64,000 nt of DNA from Paraspadella gotoi (lineage: Eukaryota > Animalia > Chaetognatha). The notes beneath the pieces are model-generated. The model did no database searches. It saw nothing but the letters and a program-made list of their open reading frames with translations, and was not told the DNA's origin. Shown one piece after another: positions 52,264-64,000 of this stretch; the first letter of the stretch is position 1; every line of letters starts with the position of its first letter. Both the position numbers and the translations under genes were made by a program. The stretch lies in the NCBI GenBank assembly GCA_051294375.1, contig CM119264.1:1099923-1163922 (forward strand), in the 5' to 3' direction.

Positions 52264-52318
<55 letters not shown>

Positions 52319-52489
52319 TGAAGGAGGGAGGGATGGAGGAATGAAGAGGAGGAGAGGAGGAGGAGGAGGAGGAGGAGGAGGAATAAAGAGAAGAGGAGGA
52401 TGGAAGAGAAAAGAAAAAGTAACGGATGAATTCTTGAGGTCAACACGAAGTAAGACTGGGAATTCAATGATGGGAGAAAGAGGGAGAAA

Positions 52490-52539
<50 letters not shown>

Positions 52540-53888
52540 AGAGCAGAGAGGAGCGAGACGAGAGAGAGAGAGAAAATGGGGATGGACGCTCGAATAGGCA
52601 GACAAAGGGATAACTACGGACAGAAGGACAGACATATAAATTGGCAGATTGACGGAAAGACAGATGAACAAATGGATGGACAGATGTATTCAGACTTCAG
52701 AGACAAACAGATTGGCATATATCGCTCAAACAAACTGACAGACAGAAAGACAGATAGACAGATGGACAAACCTCTAGATGAACTCGTCCACAGTCTCGGC
52801 CGGCATCAAAAAGAAACAGATAGAAAGATAAACAGACAGACAGTTAGACAAACAGACCGACAGTGATACAGACAGACAGACGGACCGACCTCTTAATCAG
52901 CTCGTCCACCGCCTCGACGGGCATCTCCAAGAATTCTTCTTCCTCAACGACGTCGACAAAGTTTTCCTCCGCGAATCTCTTGCAGGTGCGGCGCAGGTGT
53001 CGGAGATTCAAATGTCGCGCGAACCAGCAGATGCCGAGAACGTTCGAAGGCGCGATCCTTGTCTGGACATTGGTTTATATTTTTATTTCTTTTTATTTAT
53101 TTCAATATTAGTCGTTCTGTACTTTTAATTCTATAATTGTTTAATTCCATGATTTAAAAATAGATTGAAAAAATTGTAAAATAAAAATATCCATTCGTTT
53201 AATCATTTATTAAATAAGCTATCTTGTCCCTGAAGAATATTTCAATTGTATAAAATGTAATAATAATAATTTCAATTTTTGAATACATATTGAGAGCATC
53301 TTGACTCAAACAAATGTTACACGTTCGAGCCTTGGAATCCTTGGATAGTCATTTAATATTAGAATGAGATGCGTTGCCTTAGTTTCAGTGATAGCTATCT
53401 ACGTATCTATCTATCAAAATTATTTATTTTATCTCCGCCCTCCCTCCATACTTGCAGGAAGTCGGCGCAAAAGTCCAAGACTCCGTCGAGAGCGAGAAAA
53501 GAGGCGGATGTCATGAGATCTTGAGCCGTTGATTCGCGGACTTGGATTTCGCCGGAATAGAGGAAGTTGACGAGAGATTTGAGACTCGTTGGGTCCACGT
53601 TTGGGGTCAGATCGATCTGTTATGTGGGGGTGATGGGAGTATTGTGAAGGGGGGGATTGAGTGACTAGGCTGAGTAGCATATGTTGGCATATACAACATC
53701 AAACAACAACAACAACAAAACCTCGTCAACGACGCCATCTCCCAAACCCGAAGTGAGAACTTGCGAGAGAAAAAATTCGCTTTTGGCCGCGAGAAGAATT
53801 TTGTGGGCAGCGACTCGAGTTTCGCCCGAGATGAGAACGACGTCCGTCAAAGCGCCATCTTGAAGGAATTGATGGAAACGCTGTGGAT

Positions 53889-53986
<98 letters not shown>

Positions 53987-55852
53987 AAAAAAAAGGTTTG
54001 GTACTAGCGACTATTTATCAATTAAATTTCGAGTAGTTTCTAGTAGTTGCGGTAATTTGATAATTAGTTAATTAGTTAATTAGTTGTTAATGACAGAAGA
54101 AAACGCCAAACGTATTACCGTATCACTTTTCCCCAAACTGTGAATCTAAAAAGTAAAAAGTTTATGTTTTGTTAACGAAATAAAACGTTCGTTTTCGTCA
54201 ACTCAAGTTAAGCTTCATTTCTCCGACCAAAGTTTTGGTCAGTTTCCCCCCCCCCCGAGATTTATCGCGCGCATAAAGAAAAGTCCAAATCGATTTTCGC
54301 TGTGAGGAACCGTGAACGGCGAATGAGTTAAAATGTGAGAGGCGATCAACAAATTGTGAGAGGCGAACGGCGAACGGCGAACGTACAAAAGCAGGAGACT
54401 GTAGCCAACGTAATATTGTAAAATATATTTGGTGACCTCGAATTAATATGTCATTATTTCGTCATTTAGGTCACTTAATATTTAGAAATGCTCCATGTTA
54501 AAGCCCGATCATCAGACGGCCGACGCCTAGAACGCGCGACCCTCACAGGCATAGAAAAGGCGAGAAGGATAAATGAACAAATGGCAATGACAAACGACAA
54601 ATGGTAATACAAATTTAGTGCTAATGGTACGATGGTAAAAGAAGCCAGGGGTCAGCTGCAAATGACCGTAGGGGCAAAGAAGTGATTTCGTGGTTTTAAA
54701 TGATTCTCGACTTGGCTTAAGACTAAATTAAAGCGCCAGTTTATTTATTGGCTTCTTATGGGTCGTCGTCTTATACACAGTGTCTCAGGCGTACTGTAAC
54801 TTTACAAATAAACAGTGTGTCAAAATGGTAAGGTAAATAATAAATTTGATAGAACCACCGGAAAGATAAGTTCATACAATTTTTTTTTGGATATCTATAT
54901 TATCATGTTTATTTGAAGAGAAATTTTGTTTTGAGCGTCGATCAAAACATTTTGGTAATATTAAATTCATAAAGTAGTACTGCTTTTGGTGAAAAATATA
55001 ATTGTCCATATTATCATATTATCATATTATCATATTACAACGGTTCGGCGATTCCATATCAACGGAGATTTCCCGACCCTCTGATAAGATTCTGCTTTGG
55101 AATAGGTTTATTATCCTGCGATGTTATATAATAGTAGGCCACTATGTTTATTGTGCCCTTTACAAAGAATTTTGTGAATTGTGAATGATTGACGATGATG
55201 ATAATGATTTCAGAAGAGCTAAATCAGTAGAGACGCTCAGTAAGTTTACCTTCAGGAAACTGATAAACGCTACAAATTTATTATCCGATGATTCAGCATA
55301 TGATGCATAGATGCATAGAGTACATTCTACTGCTAAAACTATTTTCCAGCTGACTGCAGCTCAGAAGCAGTGCAGTGTAATTGGATCTGTTAAACAAGCT
55401 GCTTGTCTGTAACAATCTTTCAATTAAAAGCAATCAAATACTTTTAAATCCGAAAGGACAATAGTGAAAATCTGTCAGGAAAAGCTTGTGACCTTCACTT
55501 TCACATGGCGACCGTTCACCACAAACTAAGTAGCTAAAAAATGACAGTCGGACAGACAGAAAGACAGACAGATAGACAGACGAATAAATAAGCCAAATGA
55601 CAGACGGACAGACGGACAGACGGACAGACGGACGTACGGACGGAGACGCCTTAAAATCCTTACTTTCACCATCGACGTTCCGTAGTCATCCGGTCTGTAT
55701 TTGACGCAGGCCTCGTCATCCCTTCTCCCCAGACTGTTCTTTTGTTCGCGAACGAGTTTTAAGAATCGGGACTCCTTGCGCCCTCCCGCGGCGGCTGGGG
55801 AGGAGGCGGCGGCGGCGGCGGCGAAGATACGAACGACGAAGCGGGTCGTCAT
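36068..55852 (-). CDS. Kelch-like (BTB-BACK-Kelch, KLHL family) protein, 12 exons, ~605 codons; putative Cullin-3 substrate adaptor
   Basis: Hand-spliced exons 55852-55664, 53880-53722, 53616-53452, 53062-52890, 52090-51943, 49454-49362, 49221-49149, 45139-44885, 44464-44301, 37570-37480, 37406-37264, 36229-36068. All introns are GT-AG with consistent phases. BTB motif (LTDVVL...AHKILLAAKSEFF), BACK motifs (NF.DV...EEFL; SE..VFNAV..WV.YD) and kelch repeats (IYAVGG, VYVAGG, LYAIGG, IYAIGG, each followed by E.(Y/F)D/N....W). Confidence 0.92.
36276..36628. repeat. (GGATA)n microsatellite in KLHL intron 11
   Basis: Direct inspection. Confidence 0.95.
36730..37103 (+). mobile_element. DINE-1/Helentron-associated (HINE)-like element, family 1 (in KLHL intron 11)
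   Basis: T-run, then AGTTGCGCCGTGAGTACTCGCGCAGCGACT hairpin/subTIR, GTCY-type microsatellite, conserved core, 3' subTIR GCGGCGC(C)AC, and a GTTTT end. Confidence 0.7.
37264..37406 (-). CDS. KLHL exon 11, kelch repeat
   Basis: GGYLYAIGGRTVDGVTPTVERFNSITGAWVAVAEMRQARTQHAVVEHK. Confidence 0.92.
37480..37570 (-). CDS. KLHL exon 10, kelch repeat
   Basis: SVEKYDAQLDEWREAPHLLQGRAGLALCVC; donor GTGAGA. Confidence 0.9.
37680..43672 (-). other. Indel-rich tandem second copy of ~43730-52095 (KLHL exons 5-9 plus introns); probable redundant haplotype or long-read gap-fill duplication
   Basis: Collinear near-identity of introns and exons with scattered 1-nt indels that frameshift the exon copies (38268-38440, 38890-39162, 40650-40720, 40870-40975, 43505-43655); ends at a 25-N gap. 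Confidence 0.85.
44022..44300. repeat. (CCGA/CGA)n compound microsatellite at the start of intron 9 (copy at 37990-38268)
   Basis: Direct inspection. Confidence 0.9.
44301..44464 (-). CDS. KLHL exon 9, kelch repeats
   Basis: GTPLGFVEIFDRIRDRWDSASPLQQPRVDAAAAAFQGSVYVAGGCIPQSDGQNLE. Confidence 0.9.
44885..45139 (-). CDS. KLHL exon 8, kelch repeats
   Basis: ECYNFDDEIWTSKG...DDDDDDDAGVFVIGSARVAAFDAARNKWAAM...RDGHCVAEMEGRIYAVG; 255 nt. Confidence 0.88.
48393..48780. repeat. 75-bp VNTR with alternating A/B variants (150-bp dimer) in KLHL intron 7
   Basis: Units start at 48393, 48468, 48543, 48618 and 48693; seven units are present in the 39688-40265 copy. Confidence 0.92.
49149..49221 (-). CDS. 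KLHL exon 7 (linker KPR and start of propeller)
   Basis: VKPRKADESKRAILVMSPGTPPTL; the phase-1 end matches exon 8. Confidence 0.8.
49362..49454 (-). CDS. KLHL exon 6 (post-BACK helix)
   Basis: IFREDLIQKDASVYEFVREIRKSTLAKENST; 93 nt; AG/GT boundaries. Confidence 0.8.
49465..50160. repeat. 15-bp (GTGGATTGTGGTCGA)n degenerate minisatellite (copy at 40990-41700)
   Basis: Direct inspection. Confidence 0.9.
51943..52090 (-). CDS. KLHL exon 5, BACK domain (contains apparent sequencing indels)
   Basis: The consensus of this copy and the 43505-43655 copy reads SERLKVPSEDAVFNAVASWVSYDLEERGRY...VRLALLPREAL. Confidence 0.8.
52890..53062 (-). CDS. KLHL exon 4, 3-box/BACK start
   Basis: TRIAPSNVLGICWFARHLNLRHLRRTCKRFAEENFVDVVEEEEFLEMPVEAVDELIK; phase-2 end. 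Confidence 0.9.
53452..53616 (-). CDS. KLHL exon 3, BTB domain C-half
   Basis: IDLTPNVDPTSLKSLVNFLYSGEIQVRESTAQDLMTSASFLALDGVLDFCADFLQ; AG/GT boundaries. Confidence 0.93.
53722..53880 (-). CDS. KLHL exon 2, BTB domain N-half
   Basis: RFHQFLQDGALTDVVLISGETRVAAHKILLAAKSEFFLSQVLTSGLGDGVVDE; acceptor CACAG after a CT tract; donor GTTTTG. Confidence 0.93.
55664..55852 (-). CDS. KLHL gene exon 1 (MTTRFVVRIFAAAAAASSP...DDYGTSMVK)
   Basis: ATG at 55852; 189 nt open; donor GTAAGG; phase 0 joins exon 2. The start codon choice is inferred. Confidence 0.7.
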
Positions 55853-56203
55853 TTTGATCTTTAATCGGGTCAAAAAAAAAAAAAAAAAAATTGAGAAACG
55901 ATAATAAAATCGTGATCTGGTCAATTAAAAAGAGGGTCACGGGTCAAAGGTCAAGAAAAAAGGTCACGAGAAAAACTCTAGTTGGTGATCTAAAAAAAAA
56001 ATAATCGTAGTGGTCAGGTGAAGTGGGGAGGGGGAGGGGCAGAAGGGAGGAGGAGGTTGAGGGGGTAGGAGGAGGAAGAGAAGTAGGAGGGAGGAGGAAG
56101 AGGGGGAGGGGTAGGAGGGGAGGAGAATATATTTTAAAAAAAAAGAAAAAGAGGAAAGAAAGAAAGCAAAACAGAGAAAAAGAGGGAAATTAGTAGAGTA
56201 AGT

Positions 56204-56280
<77 letters not shown>

Positions 56281-56374
56281 GAAGAGAGAGAAACCAAGAG
56301 TCGTTTCTGTCGGAGAGAAATCGAAATTTACGGAGAAAATGAAGATAAAAACATCGAAGATAAGAGTAGAAGAG

Positions 56375-56588
56375 TAGAAAAAAGAAAAGAAAAGAAAAGA
56401 AAAGAAAAGAAAAGAAAAGTAAACAAAGAAAAGAAAAGAAAAGAATAGAATATAATAAAATAGAAAAGAATAGAATAAAATAGAATAGAATAGAATAGAA
56501 TAGAATAGAATAGAATAGAATAGAATAGAATAGAATAGAATAGAATAGAATAGAATAGAATAGAATAGAAAAGAAAAGAAAAGAAAAA
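56375..56588. repeat. (AGAAA)n/(AGAAT)n microsatellite
   Basis: Direct inspection. Confidence 0.95.
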
Positions 56589-57711
56589 TGGATGAAGCCA
56601 ATTTAATAAAAGCTCCATTCGACTATTGCGATAGAAAGAATACGGATGTGTAAAACAGATGTGTAATACGGATAATACGGATAATACGGATAATAAATGT
56701 GTAATACGGATGTGTAATACGAATATGTAAAACAGATATGACAGAAAATTACGTTAAAAAAAATCAAATTGTACGTATACGTTCGTATGTACGTACGTAC
56801 CTATATACCAACCTACCCACATACGTACCTACGTACTTTAGGTGTGAAGTTTGAAGTTAAAAAAAAACCATAAAAATAAATGTGAGTAAGCTTTTTTATT
56901 TTAATCGAAAGCTTGCGTCTTGTGCTTGCTCATTAGATCTTCAGTGTGGTTCACGCAGCAGACGAATTCTCACGCGCGATTTTCACGGATTCACGATCGA
57001 AGTTTTTTGTGAACTCGTTTCAAAACGGGATGAGCTCGATCCATAATTCGAAAAAAAAATCTTATTCGACGAAATACACTTTTTAATTTTGTCAATAAAA
57101 GATTAAATCGTAAAATTTTAATTACTATGAATTGATAGGAAAAAAAGAGAGAAATTAAGGAGTAAAAAGTTATGAATTTATAGTTATATAATAATATTGC
57201 GTAAGAGAAAATAAGACAACAAAAACATTTAATTCAAACAATTGAAACAATTTTTTTAAAAAATAATAGAATGAGGGCAACTGGAAATTTAGCTTGAGAG
57301 TAAAAGTCGAAAATGAGGAAAAATTAAAAGAAATGAAGAGAAGAAATGAAGAAATGAAGAGAAAAGAAATGAAAGCGAGAAAATTTGAAATGAATTAAGA
57401 AAAACATTTTACTATAAGGAATGAAACATTTTTTGAAATATTATACCACTTTATTGATAAGGAAGCCAGGTTCTCTGGGAGTGAATAAACGAGACTGTGA
57501 GATAATCTTGATCGAAAGCTTGCAGGGTTCTGCTATGTCATTATCTTGTAAGAGTGATGGAGGCCTTAAACCACCATAGCCTGTCCAAAGTCACGACGCA
57601 GGATTGCTTGTTTATTTCATGACTGGATGGTTATTGGTTAATTTATTGTTTTTAACAATATCCTAGGTAGAAGAAACTAGGGACTAACATTAATCAGCAG
57701 GAATCGTTAGT

Positions 57712-58052
57712 TGAGAGTCAAGAACCAACTCTAGAGCAACTCTATAAGTCACTTTTTGGTCGGTCTGTCAGTCTGTCCGTCGGTCTTTCCTACTTACATT
57801 AAAAATGCATATAGTTGGTAGTTAAGACAGAAAAAAAACCTCAAAGCTTAGGGACTGCTCGCGCCGCCTTCAGGAAATCCTAAACTATAAAAAATAAAAG
57901 ACAGAATTCCGATGCAGCGTGTGTCATAAATACACAGGCTTAGAAAGTTATTTTAGTCATGTCATGTCGAATCATGTCATGACATGTCACGAGTAATACA
58001 AGTGAAAATAAAGTTATGGCGGCGCAACACATTGGATGAACCAATCTTGTTT
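57712..58052 (+). mobile_element. HINE-like family 1 copy
   Basis: Same blocks as the 36730 copy (CTCTATAAGTCACT, GTCTGTCC, GCGCCGCCTTCAGGAAATCCTAAA, GGCGCAACACATTGG...TCTTGTTTT). Confidence 0.7.
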
Positions 58053-58217
58053 TTTATCCTATTTTTTTCTATTTGTCATTTGAAAATCGTTTTGCAGTCA
58101 GAAACTCGTTATAGATTTTTTTTTCGTTTCTTAAGGTTTCATAATTAATGAAATTTTTGCCTGATCATTTATCATTTCTTTTTTTCTTCAACTTTCTCCT
58201 CTCCTCTCTCTCTCTTC

Positions 58218-58259
<42 letters not shown>

Positions 58260-58486
58260 CTCCTCTCTCGTCTTCTCTTATTCACTTAACTAACAATCAA
58301 ATTTTAATACGTCTATATTGATACTTTTTCACTAAATTAGATTTTGCTTTTGCTTTTACAAACGTCATTAAAAAAACCATTTAAAGATGAGAGAAGAGAG
58401 AAAAAGAGAAAGAGAGAGAGGAGAAGAGAGAGAGAGAGAGACGAGAGAGATGAGAGAGAGAGAGACAGAGAGAGAGAGAGAAGAGA

Positions 58487-58517
<31 letters not shown>

Positions 58518-60380
58518 ACAACTTGTGAAAAAGTGGCCTGCCATATTGATAGCACTGGCGCCAAATCCTTTTGAATAACTACAACTACGTAAATAAAGAA
58601 TGAGAACAAAATTGCGGCCACAAAATGAAATCTATTATTCGCCATGGAACCTGTGCGTCTACTTCCTCTCTCTCTCCCCTCTCTCTCTCTAGCTCTCTCT
58701 CTCTCTCTCATCATTTCTCTTCTCTCGATCTCAGTCCTCCATCTCTCTTGCTCTCTTTCTCTCTCTCGCTCGCCTCTCAGTCTCGCCTCTCACCTTTCTT
58801 CTCATCTCAAGTCATCCTCATCTCTCCTCTCACTCCGCTCTCATACTTCGCTCTCGATCAAGATCCTCATCGTCATCATCAAGTGCACACGTACAGGTCT
58901 CGATCTCTCACATCTCTGGTAGTTTCGTCCTCTCTCAAGTCGATGGGCAGAGTTCATCTCAGTAGGAGGACGGATTTATTGCGATTATCTTTGTAACGTC
59001 TTTCGAACACAATACTATTCGTTTTTATCTTTCTCCTTGGGTGCCTTACTCTCTTTCAGTTTCACAACTGCCTCTTCTCTGACGAGTCGCTACCTAGGTC
59101 ATCGTCAATCGTCGTCGTAATCGTCGTCCGTCGTCGTGTCGTCGAGTCGTCGTCTTGGGTGGTCCGACAATCTGGAAGAATGGTCGCACCCAAGAAAAAA
59201 ATCAATCTTCTTGAGAAAAATCATTTTTTGGCGTGAGGAAAGCAATGGAAAAGCAAGAATGATGATCATTGGAAGGTGAGAGGGAGAGAGAGAGAGAGGG
59301 AATGAGAAGTGGAGAGAGAGAGAAAGAGGGGAAAGAGAGAGAGGAGAGGAGAAGAGAGAGAGAAGAGAGAGAGAGGGAGAGAGGAGAAGGAGAGGAGGAG
59401 AGAGAGAGAGAGAGAGAGAGGAGAGATTTGGATTTTGATTTGATTTATTATGTTCAATAAGTAGCTGACAAATTTAACACAGTAACAATGCAAGTTGTTA
59501 ATGATGCTGGTACAATATAATATGGTATTAGGACAGGCACGGAAACTAGGGTGTGAAAAACTAGAAGTTCTCTCAAAATAAAATAATGATAAAGTGACTG
59601 TTTAGAGAATAGGTGTAAAATAAAAATAATTTTAAAAAAATGCCTATTAATAAGGCGCACGGAAGCATTTAAGAGATTATTTATTACTAAATATAGCTAA
59701 AAATTTTTTTTAGAAAGTTTTTCAATTTTTGTTTTAATGGGATTCTGATAGCGACTGTTAAAAAGGTTAGACGTTAATAGGTTAAGTAATGGCTCACAAA
59801 CTTTTTAAAATTTTTTGTTTAATTGATGAAAAATTTTAAAAACTATAAAATTCAGCCAATGATTGATGATGATGAGATTTTTTTAAACGTTTTTCTGTTT
59901 TTAACCAATTTCTTTGTCAAAAATTTTTAAAAAATTGTAGTCACTAACTTTCAATTTAACCAAAACTTTTCAACCGCTATAGGAATCCGTTCTTAAAAAC
60001 GAATTTAAAAAAAAAAAATTTTGTCATTTGTTATATATTAAATAAATTATTTAAAAAGCTTCAGTGCAGACAAACGCCAATGAACTAATTCAATAAAAGT
60101 TGCATTGGAAAATGCGATTTATAATAGAAGAAAAAAAGGATTTTTTTTTTTGAGAGAATTAAAAAGTTATAAAAAAGTGTTCAATTTTGGCCCGCCTTAA
60201 TATTGTATGTACACATTATTAAAGAGGATGTAAATAAATTAAGCAAAAAAAATTACATAGTTTACAATTTCAAAGTGTTTACACATAGACCGCGGTTCTT
60301 TTTTTAACGTTCCAAACTCTCTCTATATCGATAGGAGAGAAAGAGAGAGAGAGATCAGAGAGAGAATAGAGAGAGACCAC

Positions 60381-60411
<31 letters not shown>

Positions 60412-60537
60412 AAAAAAAATAATCCAAAATTAAAATTCATTGACGAAAAATGAAAGATAAAAATCAAACTTGGCAATTAACTTAAGAAACTTTTTTGCAG
60501 AGTAATCGGAAGTAAAATTAAGAGAGAGAGAGAGAGG

Positions 60538-60580
<43 letters not shown>

Positions 60581-61468
60581 AGAAACAATTTGAAGCAAAC
60601 AATGTCGGTTAGACTGCCCACTGAGATCAGTGAAATTCATAGAAAATAATTAGTGAAACAGGTTTTTTGTTAAATTTTTCTATTTAAACTCATTTCCACT
60701 CAAATACGATTTTCATATCAAAAAACTTGAATTGCTCCAGCCTTAATTTCACACATTTCTCTTAAGCACACATACAAATTCCCAGGTTCAAAATTCGCCC
60801 CATCCACCTCTTGAGTAATTGGCGTTCAAATAGTGAAATATATTGTGTTTTTTTCTATTTAAAAACTCATTATTCGACTTTTGGACGATTTCATCGAAAC
60901 TTCTATCCAGCTCAATAACACTTCCTACCCACAGACACCAGAATTCTTCATTCATCCATCCATGACCGATCCCGAGTTTGTGTTGGGAACCGAAACGGAC
61001 GGACAGACGGGACAGTACGACAAACAGTCTGAACGGACAGACAGACACAGAACGGACGACCAGAACAATCGTTTTTTTTTGCATAATTTATTCCTAATTT
61101 TGATATTCTGACAATGAATATATGTGGTTGCCCGACAATATTGAGGGGCGACCTGGACGGGGACCGCAAAGTGAGATTATAGAGTCCGGGGATCTGCTTT
61201 ATGATAAAATCAAGAATATGTATTTTATTCTGGTACTGACTTCTAATTAGTATAATAAATCTTTGTTGTATATCTATAATCATCAAGTAAAATTAAACTT
61301 AACGAAATTGTAGATACAATTCATAATTTACAGACAAGAATATAATTTTACCTTTAATATGGACCGTATGCAATATTTTCCCTAGGAAAGTAAAAGAAGA
61401 GTAAGAGGAGAGAGAGTGAACGAAAAGTGATGCACACATCTAGATTGGTGGACAACAAATCGCGGATG

Positions 61469-61506
<38 letters not shown>

Positions 61507-64000
61507 GAAGAGAGAGAGAGAGAGAAGAAGGAGAGCGAGAGAGAAGAGAGAGAGAGAGACTTGTCCTCAAAAGAGTGCGAGGAAGGCAAAAAAAGGAAGG
61601 GCGAGAAAAAATCCTGACTTTATGTCGGGATTTTGTGGCGACGAAGACGATGGATTGTGATAGTGATGTGATAGTGATGAGATATTGGTGAGAGTTATTG
61701 CCATAGCGTGGATTGTGATAGAGACTGGTGAATAAGTGATTGTGATAAGGACAGTGATTGGTGATAGATGAATGTGATTAGTGATTGTGAATAATGATTT
61801 TTGATAGTTAATATTTACTTACTATGGTGAATTACGATCTCAGGCTAATCTCACATTGGCACTTTCACCGACTAAAGCTCTCAACATTCTCACACAGTCA
61901 CATTCTTGCCAATAAAATACAACGTGGCTTCTCCAGTGGGCCCAAGGGTCTCAAAGGATTCTTTAGCACCAAGCAAGTACCAAGCAGTGAAACCAGTGAA
62001 TTTTTTTCCTCTCCAACATATTTTTCCTAAGTGAAATCAAAATTCGGAAACACACTTTCCCCAATTTAATGAAACATTTTAAAAATAAATGCATTTTAAA
62101 AAAAAAAAATATTAGCAGTACAGGTAGACCAAAAAAAGTAATTCTTCCAATAGAATTTTCTATTTAGTATTTAGTAATTTATTAGGTAATAACGCAAGGC
62201 GTCCTAATCAAATCTAAATCTTCTTGAAATTGTTTTAGAGTGGATTTCAAGGACAAACCGTATTCTACATCTATTCGATGGTCATGATGCCAGATAATAT
62301 TGCAATGGTCGGATTGCTGACACCACGTGTCACCAGAATGGTGATATCTTGCTTTCCACCGTCGGTCTTCTCTTCTGCAGATTGGATAAGTTCTTCGAGG
62401 ATCCGATTTGGTTTTTGTTGTCGTCGTCGTTGTTGTCATGTCGTTGTCGTCGGTTCGAATATGGTGAATGAATTAAGGGTTTTAAGAACCTCAATCCGAC
62501 GACGAGCGACGAACGACGACGACGACGAACAGCAAGAAAGGGAAACAAGGGAAACTTGATTCGAACACAACAGAACACAAACAACGACGACAATGACAAC
62601 GACGACAATGATTAACGACGAACACGACAAGATCGACACATAACGACGACAATGACAACGACACAATGACAACGACGTACGCTAATGAACAACGACGACA
62701 TTGACAACAACAATGACGACGACATAACAACGACGAACGAAAGACGAATTGACAGACGACGAACAATGACAACGACACCAACGGGAAGAAGTCGGCAATT
62801 AAATATGACAAGATTGGCGTTCCAAAATTTCACAGAAGAATGAAAAAGAGAAATTAAGTTAAAAGTTATGGAAATATAAGAACTAATGACGAGGATAAAT
62901 ACATTAAATACAATGATGAGGTCGAACATTATGTCAAAAATGTAATTGGATATTTTTAAAGGAAAATAAAAAACAAAATTCGATATCGGTCTGATAACCA
63001 CGATAGGGAAAAAAAAGTTTTGAGCAAACAATACCAGATAGCGGTAACGAAATACTTATCAAATATAAATAAATAATAATATAAATAATATAATCTCGAT
63101 CCTAAATTAAATAAATTAAATAATAATATAATATATTAAATAATATTAAAAAAAAAAATTCAAATTGATGACGACCGACGGAACGAGACGAACAACGACT
63201 ATGATATCAACACCCCAAAAACGGAATACTAAAATATATCTCTTCCTTAGCGGCCAAAACATGCTGAAAAAAAAAAAGAGAGAGAGAGGAGAGAAAGAAG
63301 AGAGAGAGAGAGAGAGAGAGGAGGAGAGAGAGAGAGAGAAGAGAGAGAGGAGAGGGAGGGAGGCAAGCAAAAAGTAACATCAGCTCAAGACGTAGGGCGA
63401 GAATTCATGTGAATGTCTTTTCTGCTGTGGTGACCAAAAAGCAACGAGAGCAGAAAATTCGCGATCTTTACCGATTTGGAGGATCGAGGAGAGAGAGAAG
63501 GAGAGAGAGAGAGAGAGAGAGAGGAGAGAAGAGGAGGAGAGAGGAGAGAGAAGAGAGAGAAGAGGAAAATGAGAAAGAGGAAAAATATAAATAGCAACAG
63601 TGAATGACATAAGACACAGAAAAACACACATTACATAGACTCCATGATAACATGATGGATGCCTTAAAGCCACCAAAGCCTGTCCAGTGTCCAAAGTCCA
63701 AGGAGCAAACATAAGCATATTTATTATAATAAAAGGAAATAATTTTTTGGTGATAACCTGTGGTGAATCGGGGTCGATTTCACCCGAAGCAAGTTGAAAA
63801 CGGGCGGATCGGAAGGACCGCTTAACGTCTCCCTCCAAGCAGTCGAAATGACATTTCCGGCCTCACCGACGGGGGCCAATTCCAAGGAAATCTCCACCAC
63901 TTGTCACCACATCACATTCACATTCCACCAACATTCGGGAATCTTCGACCCCTGGATGCACCACCATTGTGAGCCGACCTAATTCAGACCTTCATCAAAG

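Noticed and set aside
59645-60203. Possible Tc1/mariner MITE (TAAGGCG / CGCCTTA ends, internal inverted blocks)
   Set aside because: The terminal match is too short and degenerate to call without other copies.

Overview
This is a eukaryotic, AT-rich, microsatellite-saturated stretch of a draft animal-like genome; the species cannot be identified from the sequence. It contains many N gaps and several noisy duplicated segments beside 25-N gaps that look like long-read gap-filling artefacts. Almost all ORFs in the supplied track are translations of (GA)n, (GAC)n or (GAT)n repeats. One gene reconstructs confidently: a 12-exon minus-strand BTB-BACK-Kelch (KLHL-family) gene at 55852->36068, about 605 codons, with all introns GT-AG and phase-consistent. 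Exons 5-9 are present twice (37680-43670 is an indel-ridden second copy or haplotype). The non-coding space holds several small mobile-element families: (i) short non-autonomous elements with minimal type-I hammerhead ribozymes and inverted terminal structures typical of Penelope-like pLTRs (8121, 21219, 31690-32185); (ii) a 2.5-kb non-autonomous hAT-type transposon with TIRs and a perfect 8-bp TSD that carries one of the ribozymes; (iii) a DINE-1/Helentron-like family with about 6 copies, one containing a nested second family; (iv) an LTR-like module followed by a 45-nt antisense copy of the CCA-bearing 3' half of tRNA-Leu and, in one copy, preceded by a tRNA-Gly-like head. Many minisatellites (13, 15, 19, 21, 75 and ~115 bp units) are also present. 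All alignments were done by eye.
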